The translations under genes were made by a program, and so were the position numbers. The notes beneath the pieces are model-generated. The model saw only the letters and a list, made by a program, of their open reading frames with translations, was not told the origin of the DNA and did not search any database. Source: Flocculibacter collagenilyticus (GTDB lineage Bacteria; Pseudomonadota; Gammaproteobacteria; Enterobacterales; Alteromonadaceae). From it: a stretch of 64,000 nucleotides of DNA. Shown piece by piece: positions 39,785-49,834 of this stretch (positions are counted from its first letter, which is position 1; each line of letters starts with the position of its first letter). The DNA is taken from NCBI RefSeq assembly GCF_016469335.1, contig NZ_CP059888.1, positions 3,235,899 through 3,299,898 on the forward strand, written 5' to 3'.

Positions 39785-40411
39785 CTAGTCAACTAGAGCG
39801 AATTTTTCGTCTTTAAATGTTTTTACTGGGTTGCCGCGCTCCAACTCCCAATGTTGTTGCCAGCGTGCTTTTTCTTGCAACGACAATTGTGCATGCTTGG
39901 TCGCTTCTAGTTTTTGAAATAATAATGCCCTAGCTAAACGCTTATTAGCATGCTGACTTCTTTCACTTTCAACTCTTACTGCCACTCCCGTCTCGGTGTG
40001 TACAGCCCTAACCGCAGAGTCCGTTTTATTAACGTGTTGTCCGCCAGCTCCCGACGCCCTACACGTTTGAAAAGTAATGCTTCGATCAAACTGAATATCA
40101 TTTATTTCGTACATGTGTCCGCTAAAAAACCAGTTTTTACGCTTATGCTTTGATCTAAACTGACTTTGGCATACCCATAACATGGTTCCCTGCCAAGATG
40201 CAGCTAACCGCTTGGCATCTGGTGTTTTGCCAGAATCAAGCTGCATTAATACAGATTTAAAACAAGCCGGCGTGCTCATTTCAATGGCTTCAATAGTTTC
40301 TAGTTTTATACCTTGTGCTTTACATTGTTTTTCAATTGCTTTTAGCGCTAACCCTACTGCGTTTCCACATTCAACAGGCCCTTGGCCTGCGGATAATTGA
40401 AGTAATATCAT
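39785..40411 (-). CDS. prfH: peptide chain release factor H
   Basis: [16 protein letters not shown] (compare E. coli PrfH MILLQLSSAQGPEEC) and [19 protein letters not shown] motif. ATG 40411 overlaps the rtcB2 TGA (ATGA coupling); the track start at 40420 is TTG. Confidence 0.9.
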   Translation of the reverse strand: MILLQLSAGQGPVECGNAVGLALKAIEKQCKAQGIKLETIEAIEMSTPACFKSVLMQLDSGKTPDAKRLAASWQGTMLWVCQSQFRSKHKRKNWFFSGHMYEINDIQFDRSITFQTCRASGAGGQHVNKTDSAVRAVHTETGVAVRVESERSQHANKRLARALLFQKLEATKHAQLSLQEKARWQQHWELERGNPVKTFKDEKFALVD

Positions 40412-41574
40412 GATGAACAATTTCCATTTGTTTTAAAGGTTAAAACCGGGCGCAATTTTGCCACCACGTCAATAAGACCAGCATCAACCATATCGCTAAT
40501 CACTGTTTCACATTTTTTATAGGCTTGTGGTGCTTCATCGTATAAAAGCGCTTTATTACCACATACCACCCGGCTACCCAACGCCGTTCGATATAAGTCT
40601 TCACGCTTGTACTTATGACCTAACCGACTATGGCACTCACCACGCTTCCATTTCCTTCCTGCACCGTGTGCTAAAGAAAATAAACTTGTCGACATGTTTT
40701 CATGCTTATTGATCAATGGCTTTACCAAATAGCTATAGTCACCGCGCGAACCAGGAATCACTACATAGCCGTTGTCACTTGGTGTTGCACCTTTTCTATG
40801 TAACCAGCCGGCTTGTTCATCAATTACTTTAGGTGAAACCAAATTGTGATTTACATCTAGAGTGCAGTAACCATTAGTTCTTATCGCTTCTAAAAAACGT
40901 TTGGCAATTAATTCGCGATTAAGCTCTGCCCAACGAACAGCTTCATTATGCTTATTCATGTAATCAAGAAAGTCTTCGTCCATCTCGGTTAAACCGTCAT
41001 GATTATGCGCCGTAATATGATTAACCAAAATTGATTGCCCCAAGCCTCTAGAGCCAGAGTGTACTAGCAACTGTAAATGTTTTTCATTTAAGCCGAGCTC
41101 CGTTAGAGCGGTTTGATCATAAACATGTTCAATGGCCTGAAACTCGGCAAAATGATTCCCTCCACCAATAGTGCCTAAAGCATGATCAAAGGCATTGATG
41201 GTTATGCCTTTCTCAGCTTTGCGCGTATTAATAATCGGTGACCAGCTTTCATCTAAAGGGTGTTCTATATGCTCAAACTTTTTAGCTAATTTATCTATAT
41301 TTACCTTGGACACAGCCTTTGAGGTTTGCCATAACGCCATACCACAGCCAATATCATTACCTACCAAAGCAGGATAGATCTTATTCGTTGTGAAAAATGC
41401 CGCTCCAATTGGATAGCCTCTTCCTGGATGCAGATCTGGCATGCCGGCAACACGGTGCATACCAGTTAATGTTGATGTTTTTATCAATTGTTGAATTGCT
41501 AGCCCTTCAATCCACGTATTTGCAGATGCAATTAGGCTAACGTTTTCAGTAATTTTTTGGACGGATTTGCCCAT
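40408..41574 (-). CDS. rtcB2: RtcB-family RNA ligase, PrfH-associated paralog (RtcB2)
   Basis: 388 aa; RtcB motifs ([32 protein letters not shown]); translationally coupled to prfH. Confidence 0.9.
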   Translation of the reverse strand: MGKSVQKITENVSLIASANTWIEGLAIQQLIKTSTLTGMHRVAGMPDLHPGRGYPIGAAFFTTNKIYPALVGNDIGCGMALWQTSKAVSKVNIDKLAKKFEHIEHPLDESWSPIINTRKAEKGITINAFDHALGTIGGGNHFAEFQAIEHVYDQTALTELGLNEKHLQLLVHSGSRGLGQSILVNHITAHNHDGLTEMDEDFLDYMNKHNEAVRWAELNRELIAKRFLEAIRTNGYCTLDVNHNLVSPKVIDEQAGWLHRKGATPSDNGYVVIPGSRGDYSYLVKPLINKHENMSTSLFSLAHGAGRKWKRGECHSRLGHKYKREDLYRTALGSRVVCGNKALLYDEAPQAYKKCETVISDMVDAGLIDVVAKLRPVLTFKTNGNCSS

Positions 41575-41845
41575 AATACCAATTCCTTTTTCTTGTTAGA
41601 AAATGAGGATTTAAAACGTAATACGTATTGGCAGGTCTTTTTACACGCGTGGTGACCAGGGCGTAGCTTTACTAGAAAGCTAAAGATTATTGATAGCTTT
41701 CTGCTACTTAGCGGACAAGACCTGCAAAGGATTTTGATGTATATGTCATGATTTTTACTCCTTTACAGTTAGTTGATGGTTAATTAAGCGGGCGCATGAT
41801 AATCAGTTTAATGAGATAAAGCAAATAGTTGATATTAAATTTTAC

Positions 41846-42976
41846 GTGTTTTTATTAATATACAAGCCAATGAAGCTCACCAAGAAGAACATTCACATGG
41901 AAGAAAGATCGTTATCTCAAGCAGATGCGCAACGCCGCGTTGATCAAATTCATGCCTTTCAGCAAGAAATGACAACACTTGAAAATGAAGGGGTGCTAAC
42001 CATTTCCACCGAGCAAACAAACAAGGTTCAAGGTTATCACGCTCGGTTATTACAAACGCTATCAGCTAACTACGACGTTGATACGAATGCTAAGTCCAAA
42101 CAACTAACCTTAGGGATGAAGATTGCCTCTTTATTTGGCGCATTGGCAATGGCCGCCAGCATCTTTTTCTTGTTTTACCAATTTTGGGGTTACCTAAATA
42201 CTCCTGTTCAAGTTACTATTTTGGTGCTTGCACCTGTCTTATTATTTGTTTTATCTTTTTATCTTGCACAAAAACAGCATAGCGCCTACTTCTCAAAAAT
42301 AGCCGCATTGGTAAGCTTGTCTTGCTTTGTGTTAAACCTTTCCATGTTAGGGCAAGTATTCAACATAACTCCATCACCCAATGCTTTTGCAGTGTGGGCT
42401 GCTTTTGGATTCTTACTTGCTTATGCGTGTAATGCACGGTTATTACTCTTTTTTGCCATTGCCTGCATAAGTAGCTTTATTGCAATGAAAATTGGCACAT
42501 GGAGCGGTATTTATTGGATAAGCTTTGGTGAAAAGCCTGAACACTTTTTTATACCAGGTCTTATCATCTTCTTATTACCTCAATTTATTAATCATAAGCG
42601 TTTTACTGGTTTTGACGTTATTTATCGAGTAACAGCAATGATAATGCTATTCCTACCGATCTTGATACTCGCTAATTGGGGCAAAATAAGTTACTTAAGT
42701 TGGCCTACGCACATGATTGAGGGCGCTTACCAAGTTATTGGTTTTGCTCTTTCTGCCTCTGCCATTTGGCTAGGAATAAAGCGCCACTGGAACGAGGTGG
42801 TTAACACTGGCAATGTTTTTTTCGTTCTGTTTCTTTACACAAAACTCTTTGACTGGTGGTGGGAATGGATGCCTAAATACATTTTCTTTTTCCTCTTAGG
42901 CTTATCTGCACTGTTAGCCTTAACCATCTTTAAACGCATTCGCCAAAGCAATGTCAGCGAGGGAGTCGCACAATGA
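41846..42976 (+). CDS. polytopic membrane protein (DUF2157-like)
   Basis: Soluble N-terminal approx 80 aa then at least 8 hydrophobic segments; track start is GTG; alternative ATG at 41897. Confidence 0.45.
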   Translation: MFLLIYKPMKLTKKNIHMEERSLSQADAQRRVDQIHAFQQEMTTLENEGVLTISTEQTNKVQGYHARLLQTLSANYDVDTNAKSKQLTLGMKIASLFGALAMAASIFFLFYQFWGYLNTPVQVTILVLAPVLLFVLSFYLAQKQHSAYFSKIAALVSLSCFVLNLSMLGQVFNITPSPNAFAVWAAFGFLLAYACNARLLLFFAIACISSFIAMKIGTWSGIYWISFGEKPEHFFIPGLIIFLLPQFINHKRFTGFDVIYRVTAMIMLFLPILILANWGKISYLSWPTHMIEGAYQVIGFALSASAIWLGIKRHWNEVVNTGNVFFVLFLYTKLFDWWWEWMPKYIFFFLLGLSALLALTIFKRIRQSNVSEGVAQ

Positions 42977-43791
42977 AAAAGTATTTATTCATTGGTTTAA
43001 CCATTCTTATTGGCACCAATTTAGCGGTGCTAAGCGGTGTTGCCTATAATCGAATGGATGAACCAACAGCACAATTAACACTAACTGAACGAGAGCTAGC
43101 TTTACCTTATAACATTGGCAGCCAAAAAGAGAATTCAGGTTTGTCTCTCTCTATTCATTGGCGAGCGCCTAGTAAAACGAGTCAGTATGACGGTCATAAC
43201 CCTTATTACACTTACAACTCAAGAGATATAAAGATATCGAAAGATGTACTACTAGCGCTGGGGTTCACCCCTGAAGACGTGCTCAACAATAACTGGATTG
43301 AATCAAAGGAACTATATTGGGCTTTTGAGTTTGATGGTGCGTTACATCAAGCTGAAATAAAAAAAGCTGAAGCAAGCTATCAACGTGCTTTGAGCAACTA
43401 CGAAAAACTACCAAATAAAGAAAATAACAACCAAAAGCAACGTTCACGCAAAGCATTAAATAATGAAAAAACAATGAATAGTCGGCTATTTTTTATTGAA
43501 GCCGCGGCACATTATGAGGCGCTATCTTCCAAGTACGCTAATAAAAACAATATAGTCATCGTAAAAGGCTTAGCTCAACCTCACTTTGATGAAAGAGATA
43601 AACACTATCAGTTACAACTCAAACACTTATCAGTAAGAAAAATTATGGTGCCATCAAAATTTGCTAGCCACTTTGATCGCCTTAAAAGTAAACATAGCAC
43701 CAATAGCACGGCTCCCCGCTATACCGCCGATGTTCACTGGGGCAAGCGTTTAGAGCCATGGATTGTTGATGTAAAAAGGCTTACACCTTGA
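42973..43791 (+). CDS. hypothetical protein with N-terminal signal/anchor, coupled to upstream membrane protein
   Basis: 4-nt overlap (ATGA) with the upstream ORF; MKKYLFIGLTILIGTNLAVLSGVAY N-terminus. Confidence 0.45.
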   Translation: MKKYLFIGLTILIGTNLAVLSGVAYNRMDEPTAQLTLTERELALPYNIGSQKENSGLSLSIHWRAPSKTSQYDGHNPYYTYNSRDIKISKDVLLALGFTPEDVLNNNWIESKELYWAFEFDGALHQAEIKKAEASYQRALSNYEKLPNKENNNQKQRSRKALNNEKTMNSRLFFIEAAAHYEALSSKYANKNNIVIVKGLAQPHFDERDKHYQLQLKHLSVRKIMVPSKFASHFDRLKSKHSTNSTAPRYTADVHWGKRLEPWIVDVKRLTP

Positions 43792-43843
43792 GGCTGTTCA
43801 TTCCGTTGGTATAAAATTGGGCAGGCTGGCTATTATTCAATAA

Positions 43844-45040
43844 TCAAACCACCTGCCCTGCTGCCCAGCCGCTGCTCCAGGCCCATTGAAAATTGAAGCC
43901 TCCTAGCCAACCGGTTACATCTACTACTTCACCAATAAAGTACAAGCCTTTAGCTTGTTTGGCTTCCATGGTTTTTGACGAGAGTTGATCGGTATTAACG
44001 CCGCCAATGGTTACTTCCGCCGTTCGGTACCCTTCCGTTCCGTTTGGCTTTAATTGCCACTGATGCAGCTGTTCAGCGATGGTTGATAATTGCTTTTCGT
44101 TTAACACTTTTAGCGGCGCGTTTGGTATTTGTTGATATGCAAGAAATGTTTCTACAAATCGTTTTGGAAAACGCTTTGCCAAGCAAGTTTTTAGTTCTTG
44201 TTCGGGGTGCTTCTCTCTTACTTGGGTCAATAAGGCTAATACGTCTTGCTCTGGACTTAAGTTGATGGTTAAGTCGTCGCCGGGTTGCCAATAGCTAGAA
44301 ATCTGGAGGATTGCAGGGCCGCTGATGCCGCGGTGGGTAAATAACATGGCTTCTTTAAAGCTGGTGTCGTTTGCTTCTGCGGTGATGTCTACAGCGATGC
44401 CAGATAATGCGGCTAATTGCTCTTTGTCTTTATCGTGCAACGTTAATGGCACCAGTGCGGCGCGTGTTGGCAGTACTTCAAGACCAAACTGTTGTGCGAC
44501 TTTATAACCAAATGGTGACGCGCCAATTTTTGGCATTGAAAGGCCACCGGTTGCGATCACTAAACTTTCGCATTCGTAATCGTGGTTATCTGTTTTTACT
44601 AGGTAACGCGCCCCGTCTTGCTCAGTTTGTTCTATTGAAATAACCTCTGTGCGCAACGTGATGGTGGCGCCTGCTTGTTCGCATTCACTGACTAATAAGT
44701 TAACAATGTCTTTAGCGGAATCGTCGCAAAATAACTGGCCAAGTGTTTTTTCGTGGTAAGGAATTTGATATTTGTCGACCAGTGCAATAAAGTCCCACTG
44801 TGTATAGCGGCTTAGGGCAGATTTACAAAAATGCGGATTATTTGATAAGAAGTTTTCTGGGCCTGCGTACATATTGGTGAAGTTACAACGACCGCCACCA
44901 GACATCAGTATTTTACGCCCTACTTTTTTGGCATGGTCGATAACTTCAACTTGGCGGCCTCTTGCAGCTGCTACAGCACCACACATTAACCCTGCTGCGC
45001 CAGCGCCAATTACTAATACATCCACTTTTTTGTTTGCCAT
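43844..45040 (-). CDS. yhiN: HI0933/YhiN-family NAD(P)/FAD flavoprotein
   Basis: VLVIGAGAAGLMCGAVAAARG...GGGRCNFTN signature. Confidence 0.8.
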   Translation of the reverse strand: MANKKVDVLVIGAGAAGLMCGAVAAARGRQVEVIDHAKKVGRKILMSGGGRCNFTNMYAGPENFLSNNPHFCKSALSRYTQWDFIALVDKYQIPYHEKTLGQLFCDDSAKDIVNLLVSECEQAGATITLRTEVISIEQTEQDGARYLVKTDNHDYECESLVIATGGLSMPKIGASPFGYKVAQQFGLEVLPTRAALVPLTLHDKDKEQLAALSGIAVDITAEANDTSFKEAMLFTHRGISGPAILQISSYWQPGDDLTINLSPEQDVLALLTQVREKHPEQELKTCLAKRFPKRFVETFLAYQQIPNAPLKVLNEKQLSTIAEQLHQWQLKPNGTEGYRTAEVTIGGVNTDQLSSKTMEAKQAKGLYFIGEVVDVTGWLGGFNFQWAWSSGWAAGQVV

Positions 45041-45292
45041 GCGCTTATTACCTAAATCTATGCATTTATTTAATCAAATAATCAGCCTGTGCTCAGGCTA
45101 AACTGGCGGCATTGTACACGCTTTTATAGGTCGAGTGAAAAGCGTTACCATGTATTAGTGATTAGTTGGATAAGGCGAGAAGCAGCTAAAAATGGCTAGG
45201 CTGATTTTAAGTCTATGAATCAATCATTTAAAAAATGAGCCGCTTTTACGCGACTCATCTTTATACTAGGTTGGAAGATAGGGATTAGTTAA

Positions 45293-45769
45293 TTAACCTA
45301 TTTGCTTGAGCATAGTCTCAGCATCGCTTACTTCAAATTGCTTAGGCTCTTCAATATTTAACTCTTTAACAATGCCATCATCAACTAGCATAGAGTAGCG
45401 GCGAGAGCGAATGCCACCAAAACTGCCGGTGTCTGCGTCTAACCCTAATGCTTTTGCAAAGTCTGCAGCACCATCAGCTATCATCATTATATGCTCTGCG
45501 TTTAACGCTTTTCCCCACGCGTCTAACACAAACGCGTCGTTAACTGATGTACATATAATTTCATCAATGCCTTTTTCTTTAATTTTATCTGCGCTTGCTA
45601 CAAAGCCAGGTAAGTGAGACTCAGAGCACGTTGGTGTGAATGCGCCCGGAACAGCAAATAACACTACTTTTTTACCTGCAAATACATCCTCAGTGGTTAG
45701 GTTATTCATGTCGCTGCCGTTTTTATGCTGAAAGGTTACGCTTGGAAGTTTGTCGCCTTTATATATCAT
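45293..45769 (-). CDS. peroxiredoxin (Prx5-like)
   Basis: VPGAFTPTCSESHLPGF peroxidatic-Cys motif; 158 aa. Confidence 0.85.
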   Translation of the reverse strand: MIYKGDKLPSVTFQHKNGSDMNNLTTEDVFAGKKVVLFAVPGAFTPTCSESHLPGFVASADKIKEKGIDEIICTSVNDAFVLDAWGKALNAEHIMMIADGAADFAKALGLDADTGSFGGIRSRRYSMLVDDGIVKELNIEEPKQFEVSDAETMLKQIG

Positions 45770-45801
45770 GATGTTCCCTTGGTTAGAGTGTTTATTACAT
45801 A

Positions 45802-46584
45802 TTAGTCTGTCATTGCCGCATTAACATATACGTCAAAACGGTTTTTCTTGGTTTCAATCGCCATTGTTGGCTTTTGATTATCTAGCCAGTCTGCATAGTC
45901 TGGCCGTTTTACTACTACACGCTTTTTCGCTAATTTTAACGCTGGCGCTAACAATGCGTCAGCGTCTAAATCCGAACCAACCAGTGATTGAAATACGCGC
46001 ATTTCTTTTTTGATTAACGCCGATTTAACTGCACTTTTTTTGTTGGCTTTTTCAGGATGCGGATACATAGGGTCGAGGTACACTACATCAGGCTGCTCAT
46101 GTATTTCCTGTAATAACTCAATGCTAGATGCGGATATTAGCGTCATATTCTGCTGCATCCACTCACCAATTTCTGCATCCATATAGGCTCTATTTAAACC
46201 ATCATCTAGTAGCGCTGCAACTATCGGATTTCGTTCAATCATGGTAACTTTGCAACCTAAACTGGCAAATACAAATGCGTCTCTTCCTAAGCCTGCGGTG
46301 CCATCTAAAATACTTGGGGTAACCCCTTTATTTAATCCTACTGCTTTTGCAATGGCTTGGCCTTTACCGCCACCATATTTGCGGCGATGCGCCGCTGCAC
46401 CAGTAACAAAGTCAACATATACAGGACCAAGTTTGGGCTCATCTGTCTTTAATAACTGTAAGCCTTGTTCCCCTAAATACAACTCAAATGGCCCCACTTC
46501 TAACTCATCCAGCCCCCACTTTTTTATAATCAGTGCAGCTTGAGTTTGCAATTCAGGAAATGCAGTACGAATTTTAAGGGGCAT
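45802..46584 (-). CDS. rsmJ: 16S rRNA (guanine1516-N2)-methyltransferase
   Basis: Collinear with E. coli RsmJ/YhiQ ([36 protein letters not shown]). Confidence 0.85.
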   Translation of the reverse strand: MPLKIRTAFPELQTQAALIIKKWGLDELEVGPFELYLGEQGLQLLKTDEPKLGPVYVDFVTGAAAHRRKYGGGKGQAIAKAVGLNKGVTPSILDGTAGLGRDAFVFASLGCKVTMIERNPIVAALLDDGLNRAYMDAEIGEWMQQNMTLISASSIELLQEIHEQPDVVYLDPMYPHPEKANKKSAVKSALIKKEMRVFQSLVGSDLDADALLAPALKLAKKRVVVKRPDYADWLDNQKPTMAIETKKNRFDVYVNAAMTD

Positions 46585-46638
46585 TATTAAAGCCTATTGT
46601 TAAAAACTGAGTGAGTTGAAAAAAGTGTGGTCAAAAGC

Positions 46639-47334
46639 TTACTGTATCCCAACCACATTATCACCAAAGCTATAGGCAATGAGTCTGTTTAATGCTTGGT
46701 AACTCCAGCCGCTTTCTGCCTGAAGTCGGTCGTAATAGGCTTGGATGGCTTGAAGACTTTTTTTCGAAGTTAACCCACCATCAATCACTTGTTGTGCGCG
46801 CATGTAACCTTCAATATCTCTGGTAAGCAAAAAGGTATCTACACCTAATGCGCGAAGTGCGTATGGGCCTGTGTTTCCACCTAACCTTGCGCCATGCTTT
46901 TTTAAATATTGCCATAGCGTTATTACATTTTCATTGGCGAGCGCTTCAACTAATTGCGCAAAACCACCATGAGTTTGTTTTGCGCTATTGATCATTAATG
47001 CGTTTTCTTGAATGGTTTGTACTTTTTTATAGTTACGAATAATACGTTCGTCTTGCGCTTTACGCTCAACCATATCGGGTGGCATGAGCAATACTTTTTC
47101 AATATCAAAGTCAAAAAATACTTCTCGGAAGCCGTCCCATTTTTGTTCCACCACTCGCCACACAAAGCCTGATTGAAATACTTTTTTAGTAAACTCTTCT
47201 AAAAACTGACTATCAGTTTTATTTAAATAGCTTTTTTGATCTTTAGTTGGGCCGATAAGCGTCATCAACATTTTATCAGAGCCCTTTCGCTCTAAAGCAC
47301 GATGATAAATTGCGTCAAAGGATTCTGTTTTCAT
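46639..47334 (-). CDS. DNA-3-methyladenine glycosylase I-like (Adenine_glyco family), lacking the Tag zinc ligands
   Basis: Core pattern F..SGFVWRVV..KWDGFREVF.DFD...V..M...DVER...DERIIRN..KVQ resembles Tag; N-terminus lacks the CxW zinc site. Confidence 0.5.
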   Translation of the reverse strand: MKTESFDAIYHRALERKGSDKMLMTLIGPTKDQKSYLNKTDSQFLEEFTKKVFQSGFVWRVVEQKWDGFREVFFDFDIEKVLLMPPDMVERKAQDERIIRNYKKVQTIQENALMINSAKQTHGGFAQLVEALANENVITLWQYLKKHGARLGGNTGPYALRALGVDTFLLTRDIEGYMRAQQVIDGGLTSKKSLQAIQAYYDRLQAESGWSYQALNRLIAYSFGDNVVGIQ

Positions 47335-47549
47335 TCTGGTTTAGCCGTAAACTTTATTGAGTTTTAGTTTATTAAACTTGAGCTTATATACGAAGCAAGT
47401 GTAAATGCAGATTCAGTTACTTAAGCCTGTTTTTCATCTTTAATGGCATATATCAAAGTAAGCACACTTACCCATCTACCCTATTTAAGATGTAAAACTG
47501 AAAGTCGCTAATTAATAGCGACTTTCATTAATGCCTATTAACTTTAACG

Positions 47550-49607
47550 TTACGCGGCTTCAATCCCACTATGGCGTAACAGCGCATCAATTTGCGGTTC
47601 ACGACCCCTAAATGCAGTGAATAGTTCCATTGGCTCGTAGGCACCGCCTTTTTCTAAAATGTTGTGTAAAAAAGCTCTGCCCGTTTCTTTATTAAAGATA
47701 CCGTCTTCTTCAAACTTAGAGTATGCGTCTGCTGATAACACTTCCGCCCACTTGTAGCTGTAATAACCTGCGCTATAACCACCAGCAAAAATATGGCCAA
47801 AGCTATGCTGAAAACGATTAAAGTCAGGCACTTTTATCACTGCTACGTCAGCCCTAACATCATCAAGCGTGGCTTGAATGTCTATGCCTTTTTCTGCGTT
47901 GTATTCACGATGAATTCTAAAATCAAAAATAGAGAATTCTAACTGTCTCAACATGCCCATTGCTGCTTGAAAGTTTTTCGCCGCCAACATTTTATTGAGC
48001 ATTTCTTCTGGTAGTGGTTCGTTGGTTTCATAATGGCCTGAAATAAAAGCAAGTGCTTCAGGTTCCCAGCACCAATTTTCTAAGAATTGACTTGGTAACT
48101 CTACCGCGTCCCACGGTACACCATTAATCCCAGATACAGCCCCCGCTTCAACTTTAGTTAGCATGTGATGAATACCATGACCAAACTCGTGAAATAGCGT
48201 GATCACTTCATCGTGGGTGAATAACGCAGGTTTGCCACCAATTGGCTTATTAAAGTTACAGGTTAAAAATGCGACGGGCTTTTGTAAATCGCCATGTAAG
48301 TTACGACGACGGCTCACACAGTCGTCCATCCATGCACCACCGCGTTTGTTTTCACGCGCATATAAGTCAAAATAAAAGCTACCGCGCAATTCGTTTGACT
48401 CGTCAAAAATATCGTAAAAACGCACTGACTCATGCCAAACATCTACGCCGCTTCTTTGCTTAATGGTAATACCAAATAAGCGTTGTACCGTTTCAAATAA
48501 GCCACTTATTACTCGTTGCTCTGGAAAATAAGGGCGTAACTCTTCATCTGAAATAGCGTATTTATCTTGCTTTAGTTTTTCAGCGTAATAACCTAAATCC
48601 CACGCTTTTAAGTCGCTCATATCATGATTTTGTTTAGCAAAATCGTGAATTTCTTTTAATTCCGCTTCACCTTGTGCTTTAGATTTTGTTGCTAAGTCAT
48701 TCAAAAACTGAAGTACTTGTTCTGGTGATTCAGCCATTTTCGTTGCCAGCGACTGTTCGCTGTAGTCACTGAAGCCCAATAAATTAGCAAGCTCGTGACG
48801 CAGCGCCATGGTTTCTTGCATAATCGCGCTGTTGTCCCACTTACCCGCGTTAGGCCCTTGATCAGAAGCACGCGTACAAAACGCGCGGTACATTTCTTCA
48901 CGTAGTTCACGGTTGTCACTGTAGCTCATCACTGGCAAATAGCTTGGAAACTCCAGCGTAAATAACCAGCCATCTAATTCTTTTGCTTCTGCTGCGTGCT
49001 TTGCTGCGGCAATAGCGGAATCAGGTAAACCAGATAACGCAGCTTCGTCAGTAATATGCTTTGTCCAACCTAAGGTTGCATCTAGCACATTGTTACTGAA
49101 GGTTGAGCCAAGCTCAGACAACTTCATTACAATTTCGCCATAGCGCTGTTTTTTGTCATCAGGTAAATCAATACCCGATAAACGAAAATCACGCAATGCA
49201 TCATCAATTACTTTCTTTTGCTCGTCTGCAAGCGTTGTATATTCCGCGCTGTCTTTTAATTGCTGGTATGCGTTACATAACCCTTCATGTTGACCAACAA
49301 AGGTACCATATTCAGAGATTAGCGGCAGGCACGACTCATACGCATCACGTAACTCTTGGCTGTTCATAACCGAGTTTAAATGCGATACCGGTGCCCATAA
49401 TCGCTCTAGCTCATCATCTTTTTCTTCTAATGCAAGCACAAGATTTTGCCACGTAAACTGTGTATTACTCGTCAGTATGTGCTTGATGGTGTCTTTACAT
49501 CCTTGAATTGCGCTTTCTACCGCCGGTTTTACGTGCGCGGGTTGAATGTTTGAAAAGTCGGGAAGTGCATGAGGATCAGCGGCCAAAGCCAATAAAGGAT
49601 TATTCAT
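47550..49607 (-). CDS. prlC: oligopeptidase A (M3 family)
   Basis: 685 aa; LFHEFGHGIHHMLT zinc motif. Confidence 0.95.
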   Translation of the reverse strand: MNNPLLALAADPHALPDFSNIQPAHVKPAVESAIQGCKDTIKHILTSNTQFTWQNLVLALEEKDDELERLWAPVSHLNSVMNSQELRDAYESCLPLISEYGTFVGQHEGLCNAYQQLKDSAEYTTLADEQKKVIDDALRDFRLSGIDLPDDKKQRYGEIVMKLSELGSTFSNNVLDATLGWTKHITDEAALSGLPDSAIAAAKHAAEAKELDGWLFTLEFPSYLPVMSYSDNRELREEMYRAFCTRASDQGPNAGKWDNSAIMQETMALRHELANLLGFSDYSEQSLATKMAESPEQVLQFLNDLATKSKAQGEAELKEIHDFAKQNHDMSDLKAWDLGYYAEKLKQDKYAISDEELRPYFPEQRVISGLFETVQRLFGITIKQRSGVDVWHESVRFYDIFDESNELRGSFYFDLYARENKRGGAWMDDCVSRRRNLHGDLQKPVAFLTCNFNKPIGGKPALFTHDEVITLFHEFGHGIHHMLTKVEAGAVSGINGVPWDAVELPSQFLENWCWEPEALAFISGHYETNEPLPEEMLNKMLAAKNFQAAMGMLRQLEFSIFDFRIHREYNAEKGIDIQATLDDVRADVAVIKVPDFNRFQHSFGHIFAGGYSAGYYSYKWAEVLSADAYSKFEEDGIFNKETGRAFLHNILEKGGAYEPMELFTAFRGREPQIDALLRHSGIEAA

Positions 49608-49834
49608 TGCGTTATTTACTCATTATTTTTGCAAGTTTAAAGGTTAGATAAGGGTCATTATTAGCAGAATCAATAGAAGGACGTTAATCTTTTTAACGCA
49701 AGTACCATGTTAACCTTTAATTTAGGGCGTACTGCCCTTACCTATTTACCAATATATTGAATCTAAGTGTTTGGCGAAGTTACCGCTAAAACATGGCCGA
49801 TGATTAAACCAACTATTCGTTGCAGGAGCTTTTA

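Noticed and set aside
41575-41845. sigma54 or LexA site upstream of rtcB2-prfH operon
   Set aside because: Searched both strands for TGGCAC-N5-TTGC and CTGT-N8-ACAG; nothing close enough to call.
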